This document shows, piece after piece, positions 1 to 11,100 of a DNA stretch of 64,000 bases (its first letter is position 1; every line of letters begins with the position of its first letter). A model generated the notes under the pieces. It had not been told where the DNA came from. It did not search any database and worked only from the letters and a program-made list of their open reading frames with translations. The translations under genes and the position numbers were made by a program. Source of the DNA: Amoebophrya sp. A120. Lineage: Eukaryota > Protista > Dinoflagellata. The stretch is from assembly GCA_905178155.1 (NCBI GenBank), contig CAJINV010000005.1, positions 5,225,038 through 5,289,037 on the forward strand, in the 5' to 3' direction.

Positions 1-122
1 TCGTATTGCAATCATGCATTACAAATCCCTTTCTTAAGCTAAATCTGCATTACAAATTTTATTTCTCATGCTGCAGAAACTTGTATTGCATTTATACGAA
101 TACGATACTTTTGCAATGCATA
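1..122. mobile_element. Introner family A (partial)
   Basis: Ends TACGATACTTTTGCAATGCATA. Confidence 0.85.
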
Positions 123-3100
123 TTCAACGCGACGAAGCCATCAGCAAACCCGACGATGGAGCCCTATGTTGAACTATGAAACGCAAAATAAGCATCTTAC
201 TAGTATATTAAATCGCATGACAAATTTCCTCAGCATGATAAGTGGAATTTGTAATGCGGATTTAACCTGAGAAAGAAATTTGTAATGCATGGCTGCCATT
301 AGTACGAGTGCGATGCTTTTGCAGTTCATATGAACGGGAGATCAACAAACAAATGCTGGTGAAGGACCAGATTATGGCTCGTGAAGTCGGGCCCATGTAT
401 CAAAGTGAAAAATCTCTCCTCCCCATAGTACTCGAATAAAGATTTGTGTAGCATGATTTGTGATCACAAATCCCGTTGTCATTCTAGAAGGGAAGAGTAA
501 CATATGTTGCAGACTGTAGTGCTGGCGGGCGTGGGTAAGCCTAAGCCTACTTGCGTCTTCAGCATGACAGGAAGCAGCTGGAAGCGGGAAACAGCATGAC
601 GAAGTAGCTGCAAACGAGGCCGCGTCAGTGGCTCTTGGCGTTCCAGCAATACAAGTAGATAAATTTGTGTTGTACCCAGATCCAGCATCACATTTCATTA
701 TGGGAAGGGGGGATTTTTCCTTACAATACCATGGCGAAGAAGCTTGTCGCCCTATTCGACACCTTATGAACTGCAAAAGCATCGTACTAGTATGAACCAG
801 CCATGCTCCGGCTGCCGCCGGAGCGCAAGGCTGTTGGGCCGGGGCAAGACTGTTTGCCGATCGGACCACAACCCCGCGGGCCTATGCACAACGAAACATA
901 TTGCGCCGCGCCAACCCGCAGGACCACTTGCGCGCTCCCCGCGCCTGTGGGCGCTCTGCGCAGGGAGCAGCTGCAAAGAACACCGGGGGCGAACAGAAGC
1001 CGCCCGGCGGGAGAGGGTAGCGCGAGAGGGTGGCGCGAGAGGGTGGCGCGAGAGGGTGCGCGAGAGGGTGGCGCGGGAGGGTGGCGCGAGAGGGTGGCGC
1101 AAGAGGGTGCGCGAGAGGGTGGCGCGAGAGGGTGCGCGAGAGGGTGGCGCGGAAAGGGGCCGAACAAAACAGCTCCGCGAATGGCCTGCAGTGCCAAACA
1201 TGGGTAGTGCCATGCGGATTCGCGCCCGCTTCTTTGTGTTTTACCCTCTCGCAGACCTCTCGCAGACCCTCTTTATTTTTGACCTCTTTTGGGGGTCCCC
1301 GCTAATAATCCGGCTATACTCGCGGGTAGAGGTCGACAGAGGTGGCCGAGAGGTGGCCAAGAGGGTCCGCGAGAGGTCGCCCCTTATTCGCGCCACCTCT
1401 CGCCACCTCTGTCGACCTCTCGCGCCCCCTCTTTTTGACCTCTCTGCACCCTCTGCGCCACTTAGGCGGCGCCTAAGGGTGGGCCCCTACTGCGGGCCTT
1501 ATTCGCGCACCCTCTCGCGGACCCTCTCGAACGGGGTCCCGCGCCACCTCTCCACCTCTGTCGACCTCTTTTCTACCTCTGTCGACCTCTTTTTTACCTC
1601 TCGGCCACCTCTCTGGGACCCTCTGTCTACCTCTTTTTTCGCATTAATATATTGTATAAGTAATTGCATTACAAATTAGCCCAGCATTACAAATTCGATT
1701 TGTAATGCTCATTTACCTGCTTGGAAAAGAGATTTGTAATGCAGAAATGCAATTACTACGAGTGCGATACTTTTGCACAGGATACACCTGCGTTCTGTCG
1801 ACGGCGATGCCGCACGGGAATAAGCTGACGGAAGCGCTGGGAAGCCGCGACATTGTGGACTTTCAGATTTTCCCGATGCAGGCGGACGGCCGGCTGTTCC
1901 TTCCCTCGATGGAGGAGGTTCAGGCAACGCTGTCCAGTGAGCAAGAGGGCCAGCCCAAGGTCCCAATGATGTCCAGTTGGCAGGTGGCTGCTATTATCAA
2001 ATGCAAAAATGTAGTCTGGGTCCGGAAGAATGCAAGATTTGTCATGCATATTTCTCATGACCCATGATGCCTGTAATGCATGCATGCATGACCTAGCATC
2101 GCAGACTTTTAGAGGGCTATTTCCTGCTGATGCACCTCCCGCATGAGATGAAATGCCCTATCCGTGTAGCAGAAATTGCACCCCTCTTGCTGGTCATGCA
2201 ATACAAACTTTTTTGGAGTCCAAAAACAGCATGACAAGTCTTGCACTCTTCCAGCCCCAGACACTTTTGCAGTTTATAGTTATGGTGTTGAAGCAACACA
2301 TGCCGTGGCTCCCTCTGCCGGGTGGACATATCCTGTGCAAAAGCATCGTACTCGTATTGCAGTCATGCATTACAAATTTTCTTGTCAAGTCAAATCCGCA
2401 TTACAAATTTTATTTCTCATGCTAAGGAGATTTGTAATGCATTTATGCGAGTGCGATACTTTTGCAATGCATAGGACATCAAGGGAAGGGGCAACGCGAG
2501 GCCTCCCTGGCGATGGTGCGCAAAGTGATGGCCCTGCCGGTCGCGCAGTGGCAACTGCGTGCGAAGAAGACGCCCACCCAGGAGCCGCAGGAACAAGGAG
2601 CACCGGCTCCAGACGAGGCTGAGGCCGCAAGCAGGAGCTATCAAGTGCAAAAATGTCTGGGTCTGGAAGATTCTGAGCCTTGTCATGCACGTTTTGCATG
2701 GGTCATGATGTCTGTGATGTATGCCCTAGCATCACAGACTTTTTGAGGGCTTCGTGATGCCTATTCCGCATGACAAATGCCCTCTCCGCGTAGCCAAAAT
2801 TGCATTCCCTTTGCTGCTCATGCAATACAGATTTTTTTGGAATCCAAATTCAGCATCACAAGTTCGGATTCTTCCAGATCCAGACATTTTTACATTTGAT
2901 AGGAACGCGGCAAACGCAAAAGATCCGGCGGAGGAGGTGGACAGCACCAACGCGGTGCTGGTAAAAGTCGGTCTGTTATGCATTGCAAAAGTATCGTACT
3001 AGTAGAAATTGCATTACAAATTGACTTAGCATTACAAAAAACTAAATCTGTAATGCAGATTTGCCTTCCCAAAGACGAGATTGGTAATGCATAAGCGCAA

Positions 3101-4358
3101 TTACTACGAGTGCGATGCTTTTGCACTGGATATCTGTCGCTGCTGTTCGAACCGATGGTGGACATTTTGGATGGAACGGCGGCGCGCAAGTGCGATATTC
3201 AGAAGGAAAAGGCGAAAGGTATCCTGTGTAAAAACGTCCCCACACCAGAGTCAACATGGGAAATCTGCTAAACAAATCCCACAGCTTTGGTTGTTTGGCA
3301 TGACAAATTTGGACGCGTAGTGTAGTGCTGTTTGAGCTAGTTCAACAGCATTGCAGACCTAGTAGCTCATGCTGATTGGAGCATGACAAATTTCAAAGCC
3401 GCATTAGAAAATGCTTCCCATGGGGCTCCGCATGAGAAACATTTTAAGCATGCAGAGTTGCATGACAACTATGGCGTGGGGACGTTTTTACACAGGATAA
3501 AAGGCCTCGCGTCGAAGGTTGGGAGGGCTTTTATCAAAATGAAAAATCCGCCCTCCCCATATCGAAAAGGAAATCTGTGATGCTGGATTTGCGTACACAA
3601 ATCAGATTTGTCTTCGCACTGGAGGACTCCAGGCATAAGCCAATCCTGAGTTGAGAGGTTTTGACGTAGGCGCCTAGCATGACAGATGTCTACGCTGTAG
3701 GCCCGACAGCATCTTCGCAAACCGTCCACACAAAAATGCGGCGGAATCCCTGGACTTGTCTTCTTGCAAGACAGACGGGATTTGTGGCCACAAATCTGCA
3801 TCACAAATTTTCAGACGGATGCGTTTTCAATATGGGGAGGGGGGATTTTTCCTCCCAATAGCTTTGCGGCTCGTGGCGGACGGCAAACCCGAGTACTCGC
3901 TGTTCGACCTGATTGCGGAATTTCCGAACCCGAGTAGCGAGCAACCTGCATCTTCTGGGAAGTGGTTCAAGAAATCCTTCTTGCAGGTGCAGCAGCATGC
4001 CGATGGGGGGGTCATCGTAGGGGCAGTTTTCATCGCGTTGCTTTGGACGTTCCTAGTCGTCCTAATTATTGTAATCCATTACGTAATCGCGAATATCATC
4101 TTCATGGCTCTCGCCGGGTCTGAGCCCGCGATGTACTTGGGTGTGGGAATCCTCCTGACAGTATTTGGGATAACGAGTTCCATCGCATTGTTTTATTGGA
4201 TCATCTTGGCATCCACCGTTTGTTGCGGCGCGGGCCTGCCCGGCGTCGGGAAAGTCGTCGTAGTGTCCCCCCCCGCCGGATTCTTCGTCCCCCCGCCCCC
4301 CGCCGGACTCTACGTCGGAGGACCCGTGCGCTATGGAAGTCCGCAGGTCTGTTCTTGA
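123..4358 (+). CDS. 5'-partial multi-exon gene, hypothetical protein with about 3 C-terminal TM helices
   Basis: Excising 9 introners plus one 5-bp DR each gives 1227 nt in one frame: FNATKPSANPTMEPYVEREINKQ...AVFIALLWTFLVVLIIVIHYVIANIIFMAL...GSPQVCS*. Confidence 0.85.
175..330. mobile_element. Introner family A
   Basis: TAT..ATA TIRs; DR TGAAC. Confidence 0.9.
398..728. mobile_element. Introner family D
   Basis: TIR with GAAAAATC..CTCCCCAT; DR CCATG. Confidence 0.9.
765..1784. mobile_element. Introner family A with nested 860-bp insert
   Basis: DR CACCT. Confidence 0.9.
794..1653. mobile_element. GC-rich repetitive insertion nested in a family-A introner
   Basis: Splits the family-A consensus; GTAT at 790-793 and 1654-1657; (GAGAGGGTGGCGC)n array about 1010-1150; CCTCT arrays; 19-bp inverted repeat 1328-1346/1402-1420. 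Confidence 0.75.
1995..2278. mobile_element. Introner family B
   Basis: TIR with GTCTGGGTC; DR GCTAT/GTTAT. Confidence 0.9.
2329..2473. mobile_element. Introner family A
   Basis: DR GGACA. Confidence 0.9.
2639..2901. mobile_element. Introner family B
   Basis: DR GGAGC/GGAAC. Confidence 0.9.
2977..3132. mobile_element. Introner family A
   Basis: DR TCTGT. Confidence 0.9.
3220..3499. mobile_element. Introner family C
   Basis: TIR TATCCTGTGTAAAAACGTCCCCAC; DR AAAGG. Confidence 0.9.
3532..3860. mobile_element. Introner family D
   Basis: DR GCTTT. Confidence 0.9.
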
Positions 4359-4980
4359 AATCGACATGGTTGAAATATGCATGCATATGTACAATTAAAT
4401 AATAGTAAAAATCTGGTAACATAAACGATTCATCATGCTTAAAATAAAGTAAAGCACAATAAATACAGGCCTCCTGTTGTAAATCTATCGGAGACCGAAC
4501 ATTTTAATTTTTAACAGAGGCTGACTGTTGTGAGCCAGCTTGGGATCATTTTGGGAGATAAAAAGTACTAGAGCTGCTCAAGTAGTTTTTACTATTACCT
4601 AAGTAGCAAGACCAAACCCAGTCCGCTTGATCAACCCAAGACTCATGATATGACAATTTGCATTCCAGTGGTGCTGGTGCTCACGATCCCGATGGAAGAA
4701 CTTGTCGCGCGTGGTGTGCCACTTGGAGGAACATGAAATGGAGCGCCGCCCAGGAACAAGTAGAGCTGCTCGCCGCGTGTTGACTCGTTTAGAAACAAAT
4801 AAGTATTTAGGGTTCGGACGATATTATTACGGTACAGACGATGTTCTTGCGATCGGGGGATATTAATATTTAGCTACATCACAATTTATCGTTTCAACTC
4901 TGTCGGTTTCATCAAACTGAGTGCTTTCATACTGTTGCCATGCCGCCCGCCGCCGGGGTGTATCGTCGGGTTTGAAATCG

Positions 4981-5131
4981 TATGAACTGCAAAACTATCG
5001 TACTCGTGTAAATGCATTACAAATTTCGATTTCCTCAGAATGAGAAATGAAATGCGTCATGCGGATTTACCTCAAGAACAAGATTTGTAATGCATGATTG
5101 CAATACGAGTGCGATGCTTTTGCACAGGATA
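4981..5131. mobile_element. Introner family A
   Basis: DR AATCG/AGTCG. Confidence 0.85.
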
Positions 5132-5408
5132 AGTCGACACGTTTGAAAACGACCCAGACCCAGACTATCCTGAGGAAAAACGTTCCCACGAGGACCCCAG
5201 AGTTGCCATGCAAATCTGCAAGCCGGAAATGTCTCCGATGCGCAGGAGTCCAATGAGAATCATAATTCTCGAATCGTGTTTATTCGGAATTTGTAATGCT
5301 CCAATCTATCAGCATGATGTGCTAGATCTGTGGACGTAAGCCGGATCATCCCCCTCAAGATAAGATCACCCCCCTCAAGTTTCCAAGATCACCCCCCTCA
5401 AGGGCGTC

Positions 5409-5442
5409 GGGTTTAGGTTTTAGGGCTTAGGGCTTAGGGTTT
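5409..5442 (+). repeat. Short telomere-like tract
   Basis: GGGTTTAGGTTTTAGGGCTTAGGGCTTAGGGTTT. Confidence 0.65.
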
Positions 5443-5450
5443 CGGCGGTG

Positions 5451-5502
5451 TCGTCTGGGCCAGCCGTCGCGACGGCGCCGTCGCGACGGCTGGCCCAGAC
5501 GA
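5451..5502. repeat. Perfect 52-bp palindrome
   Basis: TCGTCTGGGCCAGCCGTCGCGACGGCGCCGTCGCGACGGCTGGCCCAGACGA equals its reverse complement. Confidence 0.95.
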
Positions 5503-6213
5503 TTCCCTTTTGCCCCTTCCTGTTGCGGGTCGGAGGCACGCGCCGCCTCGTCGCCCTCGCCCCCCGCCCTGTGTTTCCCTCCCCGTTCCCCCCTTCGTTG
5601 GTTTGCCGTGCTCCCGCTCGGGGGGGCGCGCTCTTTGTGCCGCCTTTGCTGCCTCGGCGGGCGAGGCGCTAGGCGCTTCCGGGCCTCCTCGGGTGGCTGC
5701 CCGCCTGTCGCACATCTTGAGCCAGGAATCCTCTTGGAAGGCCTTCCAGCATGCAGATACCAACGCCGCCCCGCCCTGCCCCCGGTCTGCCTGCCGCCGG
5801 CCCGCCTGCCCTTGTCCCCCCCCCCGTAGCCTGGCTGCCTGCCCCCGGCCTCGCTCGTTGCCCCCTTGCTTCCTGCCCCCGGTCCACCCCCTGGCCCCCC
5901 TCACCCCCCCCCTGCATCTTGAGGGGGGTGATCCTTGGGGGGATGATCCTGCCGATGTCCTAGATCTGTGAAGAGGCTGATGATGGACTAGCTCAATAGG
6001 ATTACACTACGGGGCCACCAAACTTGTCATGATGCGCGACAGCGAAAGCTGGCTGATCTGTCTAGCAGATTTACCATCTTCATTCCGGGGTCGTGGGGAC
6101 GTTTTCACCCACGATATTACAGACCACACGTAGTGCTCTTTATACAAATTTAAATCGTTCTTTTCTCTGTGCACTGCTGATTGACCATGGTCCTGTTGTT
6201 TGCCTTTGTTCCA

Positions 6214-6504
6214 AATCAAGTGCAAATATCCCAGGATGTCTGGAAGAATTATGCAGCTTGTGGTGTTGCATTTGGACGATTCCAAAAGAGTCTGTATCGC
6301 ATGAGCCGGCGCAAAGGGAATCGGAATCATGTATTTTTTGCTACGCGGCAGTAGGAGTATTTTTCATGCGGAATATTAGGCATCAAGAAGCCGTCGAACA
6401 AAAATCTGTGATGCATGCATCACAGACATGATGGCTGCTCATGGACAACGTGTATGACAAGTCTCAGAATTATCTTCCAGACCCAGACATGTTTGCAATT
6501 GATG
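6214..6504. mobile_element. Introner family B (degenerate)
   Basis: GTCTGGAAG..CTTCCAGACCCAGAC; eroded ends. Confidence 0.7.
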
Positions 6505-6674
6505 TTAATTCCAGATAAAAAATAATTAAAAGTAAAAGAACAAAACATGAGACTTCTGCGCATTTGCGTTTGATAAGTGCCCTCTTCTATCACTATCTAC
6601 TTCGCGATTTTTACAAAACAGGAGCTGATGATCGGAGGAGGTGGTTTAAGTACTATTATTTCCAAAAGCAGAGG

Positions 6675-6981
6675 TATGGGAGTGTCAGGATCGAAATCAA
6701 CAAAATCGAAATGCTTTGTGATGCATAAAATCAATACCACTTGGGGCCGCAGTTTCCAAGTGGCGCATGACAAATTTCGGGAGTACAAAAATCCAGTCTG
6801 TCATGCTGTTTGGGCAAAGAAGGCGGCTCCTCTCATGCTACTCTGGCAGCACATTCCATACCCCTAAACAGGCTTGCAATCGGCCTCATTTGCCTGCTCC
6901 CCAACACAGGCCTTACGTGCTCTACATTTTATGCATTACAAATTTTTTGATTTTGTCGATTTCGATCCTGACACTCTCATA
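6675..6981. mobile_element. Introner family E
   Basis: TIR TATGGGAGTGTCAGGATCGAAATC; DR AGAGG. Confidence 0.9.
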
Positions 6982-7062
6982 AGAGGAGCTGATAGCACCG
7001 GAGCTACTCTGCGGAGGTGGCGTTCTTTTCCCTTGACCATGGTATTGATATTGTTGTTTGTT

Positions 7063-7231
7063 CCATGCGGAATAGGCATCAGGAAGCCCTCTTCTAAAAA
7101 TCTGCAATGCAGCAGCGAGGGCATGCATTATTACAGCCGTCTTCATGTTGGGTCATGCAAAGTACTTATGTCGATGACAAACCTGGCATTAATCTCGATC
7201 TCCAGACCCAGATCGATATTTGCATTTGATA
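7063..7231. mobile_element. Introner family B (right half only)
   Basis: Ends CCAGACCCAGATCGATATTTGCATTTGATA. Confidence 0.7.
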
Positions 7232-7237
7232 TCTACA

Positions 7238-7499
7238 TATCAACTGTAAAAATGTCTGGATCTGGAAAAGTGCAACTTGTGATGCTGCATTTGGATTCCA
7301 AAAAAATCTGTATTGCATGAGTACCAAAGGGAATGTAAGTTTTCCTACGCGGAGAGGGCATTTGTCATGCGGAATAGGCATCAGGAAGCTCTCAAAAAAT
7401 CTGTGATGCTAGGGCATGCATCACAGACATCAAGGCTCATGCAAAACGTGCGTGACAAGTGTCAGAATCTTCCAGACCCAGACATTTTTACATTTGATA
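7238..7499. mobile_element. Introner family B
   Basis: DR CTACA. Confidence 0.9.
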
Positions 7500-7581
7500 C
7501 TACACACAACTTCGCGATTTTTACAAAACAGGAGCTGATCGAGATCGGAGGAGGGGGTTTATTTCGATTTCCAACAGTTAG

Positions 7582-7843
7582 TATGAAATGTAAAAACTAC
7601 GTCTGGGTCTGGAAACTTGTAATGCTAAAAATGAATGATAGACGGGACGCACTGCAGTACGCAGCTACGCATGACAAATTTTTCGGCTGCCATGTCTTAC
7701 CTATTTCGCATGGCAAACTGCGTTTTTGCATGACAGGTAAAAGGGCTTATTTTTCGTGCCTATGCAACACAGATTCTCGAGTCATGCCAGACAAGCATGA
7801 CAAACTTGCATTCTTCCAGACCCAGACACTTTTACAGTTGATA
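7582..7843. mobile_element. Introner family B
   Basis: DR GTTAG. Confidence 0.9.
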
Positions 7844-7904
7844 GTTAGTGCTGGCGCAGCTGCGGGAGGTTGTAGGAAGAGGAACATCATCAAAGCAACA
7901 ACTC

Positions 7905-8166
7905 TATGAATTGCAAAAATGTCTGGGTCTGGAAGATTGCTATGTTTGTCATGCACATTTTGCATGACCCGTGATGTCTGTGATGTATGCCCCAGCATCA
8001 CAAATGTTCTGCGGGCATCTTGATGCCTATGCCGCATGAGAAATCCCCTCTCCGCGGAGCAAAAACTGGACGCCTCTTGCTGCTCATGCAATACAGGTTT
8101 TTTTGGATTCCAAAAATAGCATCACAAGTTGCATCCTTCCAGACCCAGACATTTTTACATTTGATA
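7905..8166. mobile_element. Introner family B
   Basis: DR AACTC. Confidence 0.9.
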
Positions 8167-9810
8167 AACTCCCCGCAGTTCCTTTATTTATACCACGAGC
8201 ATTACGGAAACGTGGTGGCGCACGATCCTACTTCAATACGTTTTTTTATGGAGTTCCACTCAAACGCTTTCGGTACAACATTTTGTTTGTTTGTTCGTGC
8301 TCATGCGGGAAGGTGGGAACGCGTTTACACACCTTTTTTCTCTAGCGCTATTTCAAGAAAAATCCCTGTTTCGAAAGCCTGTGAAAAAAGACAACAACTA
8401 AAACCACTTTTCCTACCTCTGCTTGCTACCGAAAAAGCCAACTCTTACGCTAAAATAAAAGTTATTCCCACACTGAAACTTGAACTACGATGCTTTGATC
8501 GTTTCCGCTTACTACTCTTTACCTCGTCCTTTCTCGTGCTGATGTTGTTGCTCAACCAAAAAATTTCACTACTGTTGTCGAAGTTAAAGTTTCAAATTTA
8601 AGGTCTACAAGTCGCAAAGTCTATAGTTGAATTTCGATCCTTAAGCTTGCTTTCGTTGTGGAAAGTTTTCGAATGAGGTGCAAGTTTTCTGGACTTACAC
8701 TGTTTTCCAAAGTCGTTCTGATTACGAGTTTTTCTGAAAGTTAAGTGCAGGAAGTTGCAGCACTATTGGTTTTGGTTCGAGTAAAAACAAAGTAGCCCTT
8801 TCTGTAATTTTTCAACTTTTCAAAGTCACGGCACTACAACGGGGCTACGGCACACACTGCACTGGGCTGCTCAGTGGACATTTCCTCTCTCGCAGGCTGC
8901 CGGATTTTTCCCCCACCGACGGCCCCGCTGCAGCGCGCCTTGCTTCGCCGCCGCTCCGGCCCATGGATGTGCCACCGTTCGTCCCTAGTTATCGCTATCG
9001 GCCAGCATGCGCAGGTTCGTAACTGGGGTAGCGGGGGGCGCAACAGCTCTGGGCCCACATACCTGTGGGTTGTGTGTGGGCGGAAGCAGGACAGGCCGCG
9101 ACAGAATTCCATGCAAGCAGAAGCACACTACCACCAGTACTATCATCTGCATCATCGTCAGCATGTAGTCGCCGGAACGTTCAACAGTACAGAGTACCTG
9201 GTGGGTGCACCTCTCCCCGCCTCGAGGGGAAAGATGCAGCCCGTTCCCGCGTTCGTTGCCTGCGCGGGTGTTCTGCATTGCTGGTAGGTTGCGCTCCTCC
9301 GGCGGCCGTTACACGAGGAGGGATGTGTGCAGCTGGCAAGGGTGCTAGTGTCATGTCTCGGTCTTGGGCATGCTGAGCAGGGCGAACACGAGGTAGCGGT
9401 CGTGGGACAGGGAACCTGCGATGTGACAGCAGGGACGAGACAGGTGCGGCGCACACAGTAGCTCTTCCAAATCAAAACAATCTGCTTCACGAATTTTCGA
9501 TGGCCAGGAAGACGGGCGGAACGCATAACAGAGTACCTGAAGGGTGCGCCCCCTTCGATGTCTCCCTGAAGGAGGGCGCAGCCCAGTCTCGACGTTTCGC
9601 GTTGTGTGCAGGCGGTGGCTACATCTTCTACCCCGGCCTTGAGATAGGTAAACATCACCGCACTGGCAGTCGGCTTCCGCTCCTGCTAGTCGGATCACAG
9701 AGTTTGTCTGGATGGGTATTGTCGGCTCGGGTTCAGCGTGTGCTCGTGGTCGATTTGGTTTCCTTTCTCCCCTCCCGCTTGGAGGGTTGTCTGTGTTTTG
9801 GCTTTGTGTG

Positions 9811-11100
9811 TTACGCTCCTGCGCCGTCTGTCCGGCACCGGCTTCCGGTCCAGCATAGGTGGCGCACCGCCGGGAACGGCCCCACCAGGGGGGTGAGGAG
9901 TTCGTTGGCTTGGGCCAGCGCGCTGGCTACTTCGCGTGGCTTCTTTTTGCACTCCTCTAGGCCCCCGACTCCCGACGCTTCGAAGAATGGACGGGTCTCC
10001 GGGCAGGATTGGACCAAATGCGCGGTCGTTGCGCATTGTACCCCACACAGGGCACATGGCATGTCCTCCCCCGACGGTTCCGCGGCCAACAAGCCGAAGC
10101 GGAGGGCGTAGTACAGTGCTTGGCTGGTTTTGTCGGTGCTGTCTGCTACCAAGTCTCGTCCCCACCCTCCCGTGGTTGCGAGGGTGGTCGCGGTCTTGCT
10201 GTGGGTTTCTGCTTGGTGCTGCCTGTCCTCCAGGTCCTGTCGCAGTGCGTTCCTCACTACTCTCTTGGCCTCGGTTTTGAATTGGCGGCGCGTGACTGGC
10301 TCGCCTTCTTCTTGCAGGTCCGGCTCGTTGGCGAACCCTGCGAGGTGGTCGGCCACCACGTTTCCCGCAATTCCTGCGTGGCCTGGCACGTATCGGACTA
10401 CCAACTTCCTGCAGGACGCGGGCGCATCGCGTGCCGCGGTGTAGAGTTCCGTGTCCAGGTCATCCCGCAGCCGCGGATTGAGCAGTGCGCGCGCGTTGGA
10501 TTGGCTGTCGGTGCAGATGGTGGCGCACTCTGTTCGCAGTGCTTTGGTTGCCACCCCCCGGAGGGCTGCGATCAACGCCATTCGCTCGGTCTCAAGCGAG
10601 TCCGTGCGCACTCCTACTGGCCAGGCCGCCCCGCCCTGGATGCCAAAGCCATGGACGAAGACTCCTGCCGCCCCTTGGAACTCTCGCACTGAGCCGTCGC
10701 AGTAGAACACCAGGCCCGAGGACTGTAGCGTGTCCACCAGCGATGGCACTCCCTCGCTCTGCCAGACGGCGCGAAACCGACCTTGTTCCTCCGCCTCGTG
10801 GAGGAGGCTGGCCCCCACGCCCGGCAGGGCTCCGGTTTCGGGTAGGACTGTGGCCTTCGCTGCGTTTGACGCCTCCACGACCCCTAGGGCTGCCGTTAGC
10901 CAGTCCGCCTCGGTGTTTTCCGCGGTTTGTCTGAGCCCGTCCGCCTTGGGTCGGGCGAACGCTCTCGCCGTTAGTGCTACGGCCTCGACTTTGTACAGTG
11001 CTTCTAGCGGCAAAAGCCCGGCGGTCATCAGCGCGCAGCTGCGGTTGACCCGCCGGAACTTGGGAAGCCCGAGGATCGCCGTCGCCCCCTCTAGTTGATT
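9811..11100 (-). pseudogene. LINE RNase H domain and CCHC knuckle, frameshifted from the RT
   Basis: FYCDGS, ETERMALIAAL, ICTDSQS, YVPGHAGIAGNVVADHLA; CALCGVQCATTAHLVQSC. Confidence 0.9.

Larger units (their letters stand above)
5332..5960. mobile_element. MULE-like MITE nested in a family-C introner
   Basis: TSD TAGATCTGT (9 bp; 11 bp if the flanking C/G are included); TIR GGACGTAAGCCGGATCATCCCCC...GGGGGATGATCCTGCCGATGTCC; subterminal GATCACCCCCCTCAAG repeats. Confidence 0.85.
5166..6116. mobile_element. Introner family C (degenerate) carrying nested MITE
   Basis: Family-C ends; DR not clean. Confidence 0.75.
6599..8230 (+). pseudogene. Degenerate duplicated fragments of the Nup88-like gene N-terminal exons
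   Basis: FAIFTKQEL at about 6600 and 7510 matches FAITKQEL at about 38235; SPQFL..YHEHYGN..AHDP at 8167-8230 matches 38514-38570 at DNA level. Confidence 0.7.

Noticed and set aside
744-1679. 311-aa Arg-rich ORF
   Set aside because: Produced by the GC-rich tandem repeats of the nested insert
5409-5442. True chromosome end
   Set aside because: Only about 4 degenerate units, internal to a TSD-bounded MITE
8231-8865. Possible minus-strand gene continuing at 13714-13860, interrupted by the LINE
   Set aside because: Multiple stops and no recognisable motif
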